This document shows positions 1 through 14,174 of a stretch of 64,000 nucleotides of DNA, piece by piece. The stretch is from the NCBI GenBank assembly GCA_000320545.1, contig ADNK01003007.1, positions 3,928-67,927 on the forward strand, written 5' to 3'. Position 1 is the first letter of the stretch; each line of letters opens with the position of its first letter. Under the pieces are notes generated by a model. The model was not told the DNA's origin and searched no databases. It worked only from the letters and a program-made list of their open reading frames with translations. A program made the translations under genes and the position numbers. The DNA is from Bigelowiella natans CCMP2755 (lineage: Eukaryota; Protista; Cercozoa).

Positions 1-268
1 GCGCAGTAACTGCATACATCCGCATTTTTGCGTAAATCATGCCCAGTGCAACAACATGCACTAGCAATATAGCCCGAGAAAAAGCATACTTACCAAGATA
101 TAGTCACAACGAATATGTCATGTAATCATGCAGTACACTGCGTCCATATAGCGCCTCATGGTGCAACATGCCATTTTAAACTATGCAGTTAGAACTAGCA
201 CGTGCGTGTGCGTACAGAAATCTAGAAAGACGCGTCGATGAGCGACTCAGATTAAAATAATTCATAAA

Positions 269-2614
269 TCATACGCTCTGGTCTTGGCCTGACATGTGTA
301 GATCAATCCGTTTGCACCTTCCCGACGCCAGCACACTTCTATTAGGCGATGAGGCCCTTCCTAACATGCTTCTATTCGGCGAGGAAGTACGCAACGACTG
401 ATTCATTCCTGAGTTCAGCTCCATCATTGCAATATCTCTGCTCTTATCCGACCTATACGTGGCCTCCCCGGAAGAGCGCTGGCTAGTAGATCGATCCAGA
501 TGCGGCCTTACCGATGAAATTGCGAACGACTCGCTCACCCGCCGCGAGTGCAGCCCCCCCAGCATTGCAATGTCCTTGCTTTTGTTCGATCCAAAGCTCA
601 ACCTCCGGGAAGAACGCCAGGCTGACGACTGATTGCGACTGAAAGTCGCTTCTCTTCTTATACTGTCGTTGTCCTCGGACTTATCCGAGCGTGGTGATTT
701 CTTTAGAATCCCACTGTCCTTCTCTGTTTTCTCCTCAGCGACGGCCTCAACGACTGTGGTCTGAACCAACACAGCTGGAACTTCAACATACGTGTGTTTC
801 CGCACCATTCCGGCGAGAATAAGAACATACTCGAGCAGGGCGATCGTAACTTGAACGCCGACATACGTTACCACGCCGAACATGAGGATTATAAAAGGGC
901 TGAGGACGATGCTTCTTACAGCATCGATGAATGGTGCATGTGCCTATACACAACAAAGAGCAATTGTTAATTACGCTTAGATTCCCACATCCATTCTACC
1001 CTCCCTCCCCCCTCCTTATCGCTGATCTCACAGACCTCTTTCAAGTCAGTTGTCCACTCATAACGATTCCATATACGCATCATGTGACCGTGAATTGGAT
1101 CAAGCCTTTCAAACCATGATGGACACATGAGAAGAGAAAGAAGTTAATCAGAGGCAGGATATGATGTGTCGCTTTCTCTCGCACTGTCTACTCAAGCAAA
1201 TCGGAAAATCCGTCGGCATACGAAGTACCTTTGGCAGTCTCCAAGGTAGAGGTTGGGATTGAAATCAAGCTGTTTCCAAGAGACCTTTGGGCATCGGAAG
1301 GACTGAGCGTCACCTGCAAGTGAAAACGGAGATGGGTGTAGATGTTGATATCACTTTTTGCAATAAGAGATTAGAGCTATGGCACCTCTTCCGCTCACTG
1401 AAATGTCTCCAATGGAATATGATCCCCTTTGGGTATTCGCAGTCGATAACACTTCTATGATCATGAACGTAGCTTTCACTCCTTTGAATCTAAGAATAAG
1501 AGGACGGCCATTGATTAGTGAAGTTGACCGATGGATGATAGATGTTTCCCTTCAAACTACACAACGGCCAACAAACCTACTGACCTTTGGACGTGCCTCT
1601 GTTTGTTGCGTTGCTGCTGCTGCTGTAGCACCGTGATGGTGGGAGAGTATTTGATATTGTGATTCGTGATGATGATGATGCTGCCATTTGAATTTGTTTC
1701 TAGAGGCCCCATCGCCAATCCAATACGATACGCTAGATTCACCGAGGACGGCGCGGAGGAAACACTGTCTGTCTCCCACGTGATAGCCACCGAATGGATA
1801 TCATATGCATCTATTCCAAATGTGCCGGATTCGATAGCGAAAGCAGATAATGGAAGGGACGCCGACCCTCTGCCTGACGTCACTGTCGTAGACAAATTTT
1901 GCAGCTTCGTTAATTGCAGTTCGTGGATACCAAGCGCATATTCCGAAGCTGTGGCGCAGTATTTCGAGTTCCTGCGATTGGATTGGCGGAATTTAAAGAG
2001 CAATAGAAAACGAGTCACTGTCTTTAACTTTATTGGTGAGTTACAGGATGGAATAGCAGATAATAGCGACGAATATTCTCAGTAGAATTTTGCAATACCC
2101 AACAATCTATCGTCTTAATGAAAACCGTGTAGAAGTGTTATACAAGAGAAGAAGTACTATAGAAATAGCAGCGGGGAGTCTATGCGAGTATTAGGCATGA
2201 ATTCGTGGGTGCGATCATGTAGGATGTAAGATGGGTAGAACCAATTATCAACGCGGGCCTTTTCGTTTAAATTGAATTCGTATTGGTCGTTTCTTATCTA
2301 GTTAAAGAGGGAAGATTCAAAGCAGGTAAGTAGTAAACAACTATCTGTACAAAGCCAGCATCAGGTGATATAATAAATCATATGCGTCTATCAGTAAGTG
2401 TAGGAATGTATATGCAAGAGCTGATATGACTGAAGCTGTGGATCCTGTGTTGGCTCGTAACCCGTGCTGCTGATCGATGCAAGCCAATTGTAAATGTTGC
2501 ATGGCCATGCGCGTTCTTGCTATTAGCTTTGGCGGTTATTTCGTCGTTTCGAATCGTACGCTGAATTTCTTGTTGCAGAGTCATGCCTATTAGGTTGCAC
2601 GTTCCATTACAAAT

Positions 2615-2655
<41 letters not shown>

Positions 2656-3851
2656 TCAAGAGAGTGGTCAAAAGTGAAAATTTAACATTGAAAGATAAAA
2701 AAGGATGAACATTCTCTGAAAAGATTTCTACCCTATAGAATACCTTGGAATACACCAAACGCTCCTACTGTCTTAACAGTCACAACTTGCCGGGTGACGT
2801 AATAGAGAATATAGAGCACAAAGGCTATGGACGCTGCCATGAAAACCTTCAAGGAATGTTCAGATCTCTCATGCAACAATGTCTTGTTGAAAATGCTGTG
2901 ACATTCGCTAAAGACTTTACTTAGGAAATAGTCGAATCGGTGTGGAAGGATCACTACGATGTTTACGTGTCTCCTGCTACTGTTTCAATGCTGTACAAAA
3001 CACCACCTTCCACATCTTGTAGAAGAGCTCCCAAACGAATTCATCAATTCTCAAGCAGCACTTATGGCTATACAAATATTAACTTAAGTCAGAGTGCCGA
3101 ACATCTATCTCTTTATTTCTGCTTTCAAGTCATTCTACATATTCAAGCGAGTCATTCGTATCATCATGCACGCATGTACATGGTGAAGTTCTCCAAAAAT
3201 TGATTCATCAATCTCTTCAGATAGCTCAGTATCATTGCCACACTTACATTGAATGGAGGCATCCACAACATAACAGTTTCTTGCAGATGAGATCGAACAG
3301 GAATTGATCAGGTTTACCGACGTTGCTATCTGCACATACATCCTTTTATACGATAACCTTCTAAGACAAACGCGAGTCTCTCTTTTATACATCTTTCTTC
3401 TCTTTACATTGCCATGTTATCAACGAGCCACCTTTAAGCTTGATCCGGACCCCGATCACGTACTGTGCGGTTGAGATGAGAATGCGGAACCTGAGCCATT
3501 GCATCAAGCACGAATGCTGTGAGATCTGAAATGCTTTGACTACGGCGATGATAAACAAGAGGTGTTGATTTCTGTTTAATGTTAAGATTTTGGTATGGGT
3601 GAGGCAAAATTACCATCGAATAATGACCCAGCTGATATCAAATAGTAGAATCAGCGCTAGCAGCATTTTCAGAAGCACCGCCCCGGAAAATCTCCTTTAC
3701 AAGTATCAACAATCCCGTTGCGCATGCAGCCATATTAAGCTAGGAAGAAGATAGTAATTGGTGCCACTTCTAGTTCTAACATCAATAGATTTATTTACTA
3801 TGTATTTTGGTGTTGGGGAATATTTCTTTCCCCTCTTTGAATCGTTCCAAG

Positions 3852-3902
<51 letters not shown>

Positions 3903-4429
3903 CTAGCATCATGAGAGGCAGCAAGCGAACCACTGAGGATATTCAATATAGTCCTGCAACCGCGGCAGTACCATCGAGCTCACGTTTACTGTCTAGATAT
4001 GAGTACAAATTAGTGTTGGTTGATCTGCTTGTTTTCAATCTCAAATATTGAATCTGTGTATAGAATGATAAAGGAAAATAAAGCAGCAACGTGCAAACTG
4101 CACCTCTAGTCCCATTTGGTCATTTAATTTGAGAGACTGGTTGGAACGGCTGGGTATCCTCGTTGCGCTCACGTTCGTTTCTTGCGAAAGAACTTGCTTG
4201 AGGAGGGGCTCTGGAACCTGATTCAGCATTACAAGATATGCGATTGAAACGAAGGCAATCGTTCGATATTTGTAGCATATCCGTCTCACACGCCCACTAA
4301 GTGAAGCTTAACATTATAATTCTTAATTGACATGGAAGAGGAAAGGATTTGCCTTTGAGTACAGTACGTACGTGAGTTGGGAGGTTCGGCACAGTCAGTA
4401 TAGCCTCGCTCTGGAAGGTCGTCGTCCAT
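269..4429 (-). CDS. Multi-exon hypothetical membrane protein (probably 2 TM helices around an ectodomain, with a Ser/Arg-rich C-tail)
   Basis: The last exon (269 to ~943) encodes a hydrophobic helix (SIVLSPFIILMFGVVTYVGVQVTIALLEYVLILAG) and an S/R-rich tail with internal repeats (KSKDIAM/KSRDIAM, SSPNRS x2). An exon near 2770-2950 encodes a second helix (VFMAASIAFVLYILYYVT), and a soluble exon lies at ~1700-1930. The candidate start MDDDLPERG at 4429 is followed by a GT donor. Linkage of the 5' exons is uncertain. Confidence 0.5.
3855..3899. repeat. (CT)n microsatellite, representative of dozens of intronic (CT/AG)n tracts
   Basis: Directly visible. Similar tracts occur near 2620, 8925, 25620, 30265, 46255, 60035 and 63960. 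Confidence 0.95.
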
Positions 4430-5057
4430 GCTCCATCTGTTGTACGTTAGCAATTTTATATCCTCTTTTATTATTTAGAAAACCACACACCCCGCACACA
4501 CATCGCAATTCGCAAAGCACTGCCGTCTAAGAAAGCAAGCTTAGCGTTAGAAACGGCCATAGTATCGTGGCGTGGAACACGCAATCAAGTTGAAGATGAA
4601 AATGTAGAGATTTAGAGTATGTCGATGGTCGGCGGGCTAAACTCGCTTATTCGCTAACTCACTAATTCGTTTGGTCGCGGCGGTGTGTGTCATGGCGTTG
4701 TAGCTATCGATCTCGCTGGAGTTGGCCTCGAGTGGCCCCCTACTGACACGAATCTGTGCACAAAGACACTTTCTCACTACCAACAGAATCTCGTTTGACA
4801 GATATCACCGTGCGTGCACAGAGCAGGGCCGCACCGTTTCATGGGTATCTACCTTGATAACATTCATAGAGTTATTCGTCGCGTCGATCATCCTAAAAAT
4901 TGATCAGAGGGATATGAGCATTAAAGACTCGGTTTATCGGAGGAAATACGTGTGCTTTGATACCGATTTAGATCTCGGACATCCCTGTTAACCTAGTACG
5001 ATATTGCAGAGAGAATAAAGGAAGGAAGAGTGGCATGGGCCTACAATCATGTACAGG

Positions 5058-7769
5058 CTATAAACTAGGTGCGGGACACACGTTTACTTTCCTTGTCGCT
5101 CTTGGAATGTATATACGAATATAGAATGCCATTGAGGACGAACCTCTTGCTGATATTCGCCAAGATACTTCTTCCGAGCTTTGCTTAAATTTCCCGTTAC
5201 CTTTACACAAAGATACAGTAACATCTTTACAATAGCTGCATGAACAAAGGCTCACCTCATCAAAGCTTGGCCACGCATCATTTAGTATAACAAAGCAGGT
5301 TCCATTCGCCCCTTCGTTGGTGGGAATGTGGGGAGAAGGCAGCTTTTGGAATAAGTAATAGTGCTGGTTGGATCTGAAAATCCAAATTAAGAATTTGAAC
5401 GAATTTTACAATCACAACTTGTGATAAACGTAGACAGCACTGCGAACTAACAATAACACATATTAATGCTCACGACAGGTGAACAAGAAACAATGAACAA
5501 AGCATTGATGCAAGTCTACATGCGCCAGAACCAACCAGGGTGTTATTCTAATAGACAAACTCGACGCAGATGTTGTTGGTATAGTCATATTCCATATTCG
5601 GAACTCTTTCATCCTTACCGATCGAAGCTGTAGCCTCGGCACCTAATAGAAATACGATAATTTCGAGAGTTTGAAACAGTGTCAAGCATGATCATGAACT
5701 TGCACTTCTGTTCTACATCAGATTAAATTTGGCTATGTAAAACTCCAAGAGACACCATCTACTCGATTTAATAACTGTCATCAACGAACGGCCTACCAAT
5801 CAGCATTGCCACACCATTCCGAAAGGTTCGCCATAATCTTCTCTTCATCGGACCTGACAAGCGTAGGGTCAGGAGGAGTGTGTGAATAGAATGTACTTGC
5901 AATATATGCATTGGCGACGCGATTGAAGAGATTGGTAAGTACTTTGGATCAAGATGCCACGTAACAATTTCATGCGAGGTGGGATCTGATGTTTTATGAA
6001 CAAATATTTGTAACTCTAAAGAGTGTTTCGGAGCTAATCAAGGAAGCTGACTGCCATCGCCTGAATCGCCTTTTTTAAGAGTAGCCAATCGCTAGTTACA
6101 TCTATGGAAAAACATTGTTGTTTTGCCTGAAATGACCTTTGTAATTGTAGGCGATTGAGTCCTTTTCATAGATCGCGCCTTTTCCGTAATGCAGATTACA
6201 TACAATAATTTTATATTGAACTACCGTTTTTACGGACAATGCAGCCGAATCTAATTTGACTTAATAACCGTTGAAAGATAGACGATTTATGAATTAATAC
6301 ATATTTAGCCCGCAGCACGAGAACAAGAAGAGCTCAGAATACGCGAATGAATATAAAACAGGAAAGTAATCTCGTGATAAGTCGGGAGATAAAAGAAAGA
6401 AACATCAGTGACCTCCTTTGAGATTGCAGGCCTTTTCAGAGCTTATTTCATCAAACTTACTCGCACCTTTTGGTGGTGTCTGAAATCTAAGTAGAAAGAG
6501 GAGACATATGCAGATGATGATTAGAGGCGAATCGAGAAGTAAACAAAAGAAAACTAAAGAAAACATTGAGAAAAAGGGCTTGTTTAATTTGTGTGCACTG
6601 GTGCTTGTGAGAGAAAGAAAGAAAGAGAAGCGAGAGAGAGAATGAGTGTGAGAGGGAAAGCTGCATTCAAATTACTGAAGATTGTGAAAGGCCTTCACTG
6701 CAGTCTTATTGTTTTCGTAAGCAGACCATATCGCAGCATCTGCAGCTAAACATCCTGTCATACACAAAAACAAACAAACACACACACACACACACACAAG
6801 CAAACTCACACACTCTCACACACTTAAGAATAAAACTGGTGATGAAACAAATTCATGCCTGTGTTCACATGTATACGCGTAATGCCACTCCACATTGGAG
6901 GGACAGCAGAGCCGCAGAAATTGATGTAAATACTGCCAACTACCATGTTGTTTTGCGAAGTATGTGCTATCAATTCTTGAGGTCTCATTTCTATATGCTG
7001 CCTCGATTGCATCGACTACCCCAGAGAGCTTTGCAGTAAAATAGTAGTATCATCGGAAAATCAGGTGCGGTATGTTTAGAGAACTACATAATCATATTAT
7101 ACCTGTGAATCTCTCTTAACAGCAAATTCGGGGTATTGCTTGAGAATGTCAAAATGCTCCTGGAAAAAGGGCTAGCTATTATTGCCATTTCTGGTTGTAC
7201 TTGCAGCGTTTTCATTTTTCAATAAGAAGTGAAGGACTCATTAAGTTGCTATTGTCTGTTTATTCGAACGCAAACAAACTAAACCTTATTCACTGCTAAA
7301 AACAGCATCCCCATGAAGCTCATTGTAAACAGCAGCGCCAGGGCACCCTAGAAGTAAGAAGATGTTTTTTTCGAGGTAAAGCAGTCAAAGAAATTTGAGT
7401 TGTAAGTGTGTGTGGAATAAAACACACACTATATTCCACGGTCGAACGACGTGGGAAGCGGCTTGCCTGCTTCATACCTGGAAACCAAATACCAGCGCGA
7501 TGTACAGCCAGTGATACCTTTTGAAGATTGCCGCTATTGTTATAATTGTTATTGCCTTTTTGTAGTAATGAATTCGGTGCATTGTGTACTATATGCATCG
7601 GCGACTAGGCATATAATCGGTGAAGGCCCTTGAGAACTACCATCGGAGTCTATCTTGGTGCAGAACTTCAAGTTGCGTTTCATTTATTTTCTTCTTTCCT
7701 GTTTTAAAGTGATAAAATCAGTAACATAACGCTCGGCATACCTCACAGAATCCTTTCGTTTCTTGCGTA

Positions 7770-7806
<37 letters not shown>

Positions 7807-8905
7807 TATTATTTTTTTTAATTATTCATTGATTAAGTCAAATATTATATCATTTCACCATCTTTTGATGGAGTCGGCATGGAGTATCCGTCGCTAATTG
7901 ATAGAGATCGAAACGACGAATGTTACCATATGAAATTATAGCAACTTAATTAAGAGTGTTACTGTTGGCATGGCCGGATCGCACATACGAAACAACACAA
8001 ACGAAGACGAAATAATCTCATCATACGAACAAGGAAAGCTTGACTAGCTCGTGCAAATTCGGCACCTCTCTAAGCTTATACGATAGCCGGTGACGTCAAG
8101 AGCATATTGCATTTTATTTCTAGGATAAAAGACAAACAAAGGAAAACAGTAAGCTGCATTCGAAATGAAGTGTTGTGGTTTTCAGGAGAACCAATAGTAG
8201 CAGTGTACTCACCTGATGTTCCTTTGATAAATCTTTACGCATGAAAACATCAATAGGAGCATTGCAACGGCGAATAGGGCTATTACGGCTTGGATGTATG
8301 TGCGGAAAAGCCTCCAAACGCCGTTCATGCTGTGAGATGTTCCTATGTAAACAAAGGGATGAAACTTACCCATTCGTGTCAATAGAACAGAGTAATATCG
8401 ATGATATATTTTACACAAATGTAGTCGCTCGCGCGCACGCATAGATCCACACCCACGCTCACACTTAAATGAAAGATCTGTCAGGGGCGCATTAGTAGTG
8501 TGTGTTTGAGGACAAGCCCGCTTATAAGATCTGTCAGGGGCGCATTAGTAGTGTGTGTTTGAGGACAAGCCCGCTTATTTTCACTTGGACATGCAATTCG
8601 GAATGAAACCTTCCTCAATGCTTGATTTTGTCAGTGTGAGTAGGGAATCATTGAATGTCGGTCTCATAGCCCGTACGACGCCTGCAGCATGACCCATAGA
8701 TTCATTATGTCTCCGCAATGCTCTGGAACTAAGTACGCAAAATTTATGAAATTTAATCAGATAGGCTTTTGCAGGACCTGTTGGATCCACCCATGTAATG
8801 ACGTAAGGCCCCATGCCCTCCCCCCCGTCCTGGATGGCTTCAAAGTTGCTGCTGCTCTCTGATAGTGGGCCACGATACTCAACCTGATAATATACGAAAC
8901 AAGAA

Positions 8906-8961
<56 letters not shown>

Positions 8962-9804
8962 GAAACAGTTATGGGGATGGTATACAAGTAATTGTCAACC
9001 ACGAATTTCCAGATGTTTGATGACGATGAAATGAAAAGAAAATTCTAATCATCTATCTAAATGCAGAGAAACCAACCATGGCTGCACGCCGTGAGTTCGC
9101 TCCTAATCTTGAAGTCAGCGGCAGTAGGGGACAAGGCATCGCTCTAAGATTATGCTTTAAATTACTATTTTGGCACCAGCTACCACTTAGACGACAAAGG
9201 AGAAGAAATAAGTCTCATGATAGTTTTGCTGATATGGAGAGAGAGGTCTTCTAGAAACAAACTCCTTAGGCGGCATATCCCCAAAGAATTTCGAGAGCTA
9301 ACAGTTATCTCTTAAGAAATACCGGAATGTGCACGGCTCTCCTAAGATACAACAACGGAGGCGTATTACATCGTCAATGCAACAATCGTAAGAGCTCAAG
9401 GAGAAAAAGCTATTACCGGTCCATTCGAAGTGCTTGCTCACCAATAATACCTTATTTGTACAGGATATGCATACAATATATGCGGGAGATTCATATGCTT
9501 CTGACGATTGAGATAGGATACACACAAATGTATTCTTTTATGCCTTTTACCTGCTGACCGGAAGGGCTATACTGCCATATCTTTACCCCTGAAGAGAGAG
9601 AGCAAAATTTAAAGCTAAATACAAATGTAAGTGTGACAGGTAGCGTTACCAATGTAGCCTTTGGCAATTGACGTGAGAAGTGATGACTTTAACACAGTGT
9701 GATTGCGATGGACATCTCTGATCAAAACAAGCATAGGGAATATAAGCTCTAATGTCCCCATTACCTCTGCCCTCGCCTATTTCGTTTCATCTCTTTGTCT
9801 TTAA

Positions 9805-9856
<52 letters not shown>

Positions 9857-9935
9857 AGTTTTATGTAAGAGGAATAGATAGAAGGCACAGAAGGCAGCAT
9901 ACTTTTGAGTTCGTGTGTCTTTGTATGTGTGTGTT

Positions 9936-9978
<43 letters not shown>

Positions 9979-12900
9979 AAGAGGGAGAAAAAATGGTGAG
10001 GGACCTCTGTACTACAGCATCAAAGTGAGGATGAAGAATAAACGGACCTACATAGGAATGTAACAATTCAAACTTGCTCTTTCAAGATATAGCCGATCTT
10101 ATCACTATTACGTATAATTTCATCCTTTGTTTTGTGAAGACTCAAGGATGCATTTACAAACGCACATACACACACACACACACACATACACATACACATA
10201 CACAAAAACTCACCCAGAGAGCGAGATCAAAATTGAGGGAATAACAAAAGTTTGAAAGGCAAAGAGAAAGCTGGGCGAGAGAAAGATATGCACCAGTAAC
10301 TCTAGCGACATCATCGTGGCTGGAAACTTCTTTAAGGTTGCTGCTTACTTCCAACCCATGCAAGTAATCCTTAGGTGGAGCAAAATAGTGTGTACACATT
10401 ACAATCACTCCCCTTCGTGAAACATCTTCCGAGCTCGCATAGTTGAGTATCATTTATGGGGTAAAATCTACCTGTGTTGGTGATGAGGTAGTAGGCGAAA
10501 AAGTCGGCATTGAAGTCAAGGGAGTAGCAGTCGGAACATGCGTGGATGGGGAGGAGGTTGGCTGCGATGACGAAGGCCCGCAACTCGGAGCCAGAGACAA
10601 AGGCGCTCCTAAAATATTGTCTCTATATTGTTGATGACGCAAGAATTCACCACCACCACTGAGGCATGAACAATTACCCTTCCCTACCAACCCATACCAC
10701 TAGAACGCTGATGAGATCTCGCTAATCACCTGTTGGGCGGTCAGTAGCAGGAGCGTTAGTAGTCGTTGGTGCCTTAGTAGTCGAATCGAGAGCAGCAAAG
10801 GCGTAGAGGGTTGGAACGACGTCTCCGACCCACGTCAGTCGCTGTTTGACAGAGCTGGAGTTCCCCCCTTAGATAACGTCAAAAAAGGAAGGCATTATCT
10901 GCACATAGGCCTAATGGCTACGTGTAAGACAAGAGAGGTACCAAATTGAGAGTCGCCCCAAGTCACCACCCTGTTGCTGGCTATCAATCGAGCAGCAAAC
11001 GCTCTCCCTGAGAAAGACCAAATGTGAATGAAAGGCAAGCTTCACGTGCATATGTGTGGATTTGCTTAGAAGACTTCAACATTATTTTTGACTTAATTTG
11101 TCTCTGATGCTTCTCCTTCTGTTCGCAAGGGGCCATCCGAAGCATCATAGCAGCATTCTAGGAAACCTTGTGACTATGTGTAAATGTACCTTTCGGAGAC
11201 GAATAGATTGCCTGCACCCTGGACAACTTCAGTGCCGCTGAAATTGAAGATAAGTTACCTGTTTAAAGGTGGTTGTAGTGAGGATATGAACTCTGCACAA
11301 ACGTTAGAACTTGGGCGCGATACACGGTATAAACAGCTACCCCCGGTATGCGCGCTACCCCACGCAACTGCCATTCCAGAATCGCTCAAGGCACAGAAGC
11401 CTTTACATAGCACATTTGAGATAAAACGGCACTTTTAATAGGGATTAGGATGAGGGGAAGGAGGTTACGCTGAAAAGGAAGATATCACTCCAAGATCTAA
11501 TGGTCATGTTATTATACTTTGAGAAGTTGAGGCAATGGTTGTGATGTTTCGTAGAAGATGCTGCACACTCGACGAGTCTCCCCCACTCTCTGTGTGGCCC
11601 CACGTGACTACCTGCATGTGGAAACAGAAATAAGGTTGCTGAACTAACGGTGATAGAGCATATTCGATCTCTGGCCAAGGGTTCAAGAGAAAAGTGTAAT
11701 TCAAAAAATTAATTTATGCCCCGGCTTTCTTTCAATGGCGCTGACCGTGTTGTCGTGTCGCAGAGCAGCAAACGCTCTGGATGTGGTGAATATGTCGGAC
11801 ACGTTTGCGTTTAGCTGAGAGCTGACGCTGGAAGAATCAGCCCCATAGAATATCCGTCCCCAGGTAATTACACTCCCATCGCTCATCAGCGCGGCAAAGG
11901 CATATTCCGTATGGAAGAGCTTCCTTACTGTAGCAGCTGTTGCGGGTAAGGGTGGTGATGATGGGGATATTCGAGGATCTCTTGGAGATGTCGTCCACCC
12001 TATCAGATGCACAATTAGAAAGAATTATGAATTAACACTGCTCGAGCTTTTTATTCTTGGATTAGCGTTGTTCAATTGTCTCAGGTTCTCTAAGCCCAGA
12101 AACATACCCCATCCTAGTATCTTGGAGTCATTGCGAATTGCAGCGAACGATTCGGTATTAGATTCGATGGAAATGAAGAGGAATTGTTGGTTTTCTAACA
12201 CGTCCAGAGATTGTAGGTTATCATAAGCGCCACTTCCCCAAACAATAATTTCTCCTTTTTCACGGCAGCACAGGATGGAGGAGGGAAAAAACAGGAAGAG
12301 AGAAAGTAAAAGCCCATTCGAAGATGCTTGAGTTTACAAACTCCTATATCATTTTCATGTTATCACTCTCGCTAAATACTGACTCTATATGTATGTAACC
12401 TGTATCTGTAAGGCCTGCGAAGGCGCCTAAAATCGCCGTGATTTGAGTCAGTTTTTTGGACCTAAGATAAACTGATTTTCCTGTGAACGGATAATCCACG
12501 TCGCCTCCGTACAACCCTATGTAGATTTAAGAAGAGAGTTGCAAGATTAGAATGGACATTAGTGACGTAGCTCTCGCACTTACTTTCACCGAACGTGAGG
12601 AGTGATCCGTTTGTTAATAACACGGCAAACGCCGGTTTTGAACCTAATAGTTTATAGATATTTATGCAACTACAAATAATGCCCTGTTTAATACCATTGT
12701 GTCGCTATTTCCTTCTTATTCGACCTTAATGTCCCTTCTGTTTTCTTATCTACTATTAATATTCTGCCATCTATCTCTCTTCGTTTTCATGATTTCTCCC
12801 AACCTTTATTGCTCACAATCCGTTTGACGTCGTTGCTGGCCTCAATTTGAAAACTCTTTGTGACGAACGAATTGCTTCTAGAAGATACTCCATACCACAG

Positions 12901-13623
12901 AAAGTATGATCCATCATCCTGATAAATCACGTTTATATGTGGGATTAGTTAAGATTTGAAAGAAAGTTGTAAATCTCGTTAGCCGGCGGTGCGAACACCA
13001 GGGACATTTCCTTTTTTAAAATGGGGATATAGCTAAGACCTGCGTCGCAGCAAAGCCTATTTCAAACAAAAGATTATATTGGGGGGAATTAAAGTAGAAA
13101 CAAGGCCAATGATGATGGAAATTCAAAATTACCTCTCGGGAAGGGTAACACGTTTGTGAATCTTAAACTCCTAATGTAAGCAGGAGGTTGTCCACCATAT
13201 TCACTGCTACCCCATACATAAAGACCTCCTGTGAAGAAAATTGAGGTAAGAATGTAATTTTTATCCACGATTCTACTGAGGGGTACACAGCACCGTGTGC
13301 GGTAAGAGATGCGAAGGCGCCTTCTGAAGCGACGAGCTATCAAAGCATCCATACTGTTAGATTGCAAAATTAAGAGAATATACATCGGAATACCTTCGTC
13401 ACATCAGCGTACGTAGGAATGGGTGCTGATCCAATAGAAGCCCCTCCTTCATTAGAACTTCCCCAAGTTATCACCTACATAAACACACTTCTGTTCATTG
13501 CTTACTTTTCTCTATTTTCTTTCCCATCCCCCTCTCCCTCTGCACCTGGTATGCTGTCCCTACACTTAATCCGAATGAAAGAATGGCTATCCTCAACCAC
13601 AAGCGTGCCAAAAGGGAGTCCAT
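5058..13623 (-). CDS. Cell-surface protein: signal peptide, RCC1/BLIP-II-like beta-propeller repeats, Pro/Thr/Ser stalk, several TM helices
   Basis: ATG 13623 starts MDSLLARLWLRIAILSFGLSVGTAYQ. Spliced exons give repeated FAAL..DG.V.TWG....GG units (VITWGSSNEGG, AFASLTAHGGLYVWGSSEYGG, FAALMSDGSVITWG, FAALRHDNTVVTWGHTESGGDSSSV, RVVTWGDSQFG) over 10790-13474. The stalk PTSSPSTHVPTATPLTSMPTFSPTTSSPT lies at ~10470-10790. TM-like exons occur at ~8213-8330 (IQAVIALFAVAMLLLMFSCV), ~7295-7345 (GALALLFTMSFMGMLFLA) and ~6895-6940. The 3' end is not resolved, so the lower coordinate is a guess. Confidence 0.7.
8473..8578. repeat. Perfect 53-bp tandem duplication in an intron of gene 2
   Basis: aagatctgtcaggggcgcattagtagtgtgtgtttgaggacaagcccgcttat occurs at 8473-8525 and again at 8526-8578. 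Confidence 0.95.
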
Positions 13624-14174
13624 GGTTTCGGAATCACTTGTGCCTACGCCTTCCGATCGCAAAACGACGAAGACATTGTGTGGTATTCTCTCGCTACCCC
13701 TCGGATAAAATCGTCCTCTCGGTCTCGCTGAGAACGAGGGACTTGTAACGCTAAATGAGATGTTCAAAACAAATGGATGATAGGCGATTAGGTATGTGCG
13801 ACAAGAAAAAAATTCTGATTGAGATCCGAAAACGACCATCCGATTTCGTTTCCCATCGGAAACGCTCAACTACCGGCGACTACAGGCATTGGATCGACGT
13901 AAATTAAAAGTCGCAGAGCTAAAATTGAGGAGGTTTTTCAGTTTTTGAAGCTAGTACAGATGCTGGAAGGTTTCCCTAATACGATTGGGTTTTGAGGAAC
14001 AGCTGGAAGGGCATGAGATTACTTCGGTGCGACAACAAATGTCAACTAAAAACATTGAAAAAACAGCACTATTTGCCCTCATCTCTTCGTTGCCACTAGA
14101 AACGCAGCTACCTCAATGGACTACAACTTCGATTGACTTCCTGGTTGTGAGTGCGAAAAGAGGGAAACAGACGG
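13624..14174. promoter_or_regulatory. Probable bidirectional promoter between the two receptor-like genes
   Basis: About 550 bp separates the divergent ATGs at 13623 and 14175. Confidence 0.5.

Noticed and set aside
5240-7700. Possible kinase domain at the C-terminus of the RCC1-like gene
   Set aside because: I found no GxGxxG, HRD or DFG motifs in the exons I could read.
8473-8578. Direct repeat considered as a CRISPR-like array
   Set aside because: There are only two adjacent units, no spacers and no cas genes, and the context is a eukaryotic intron.
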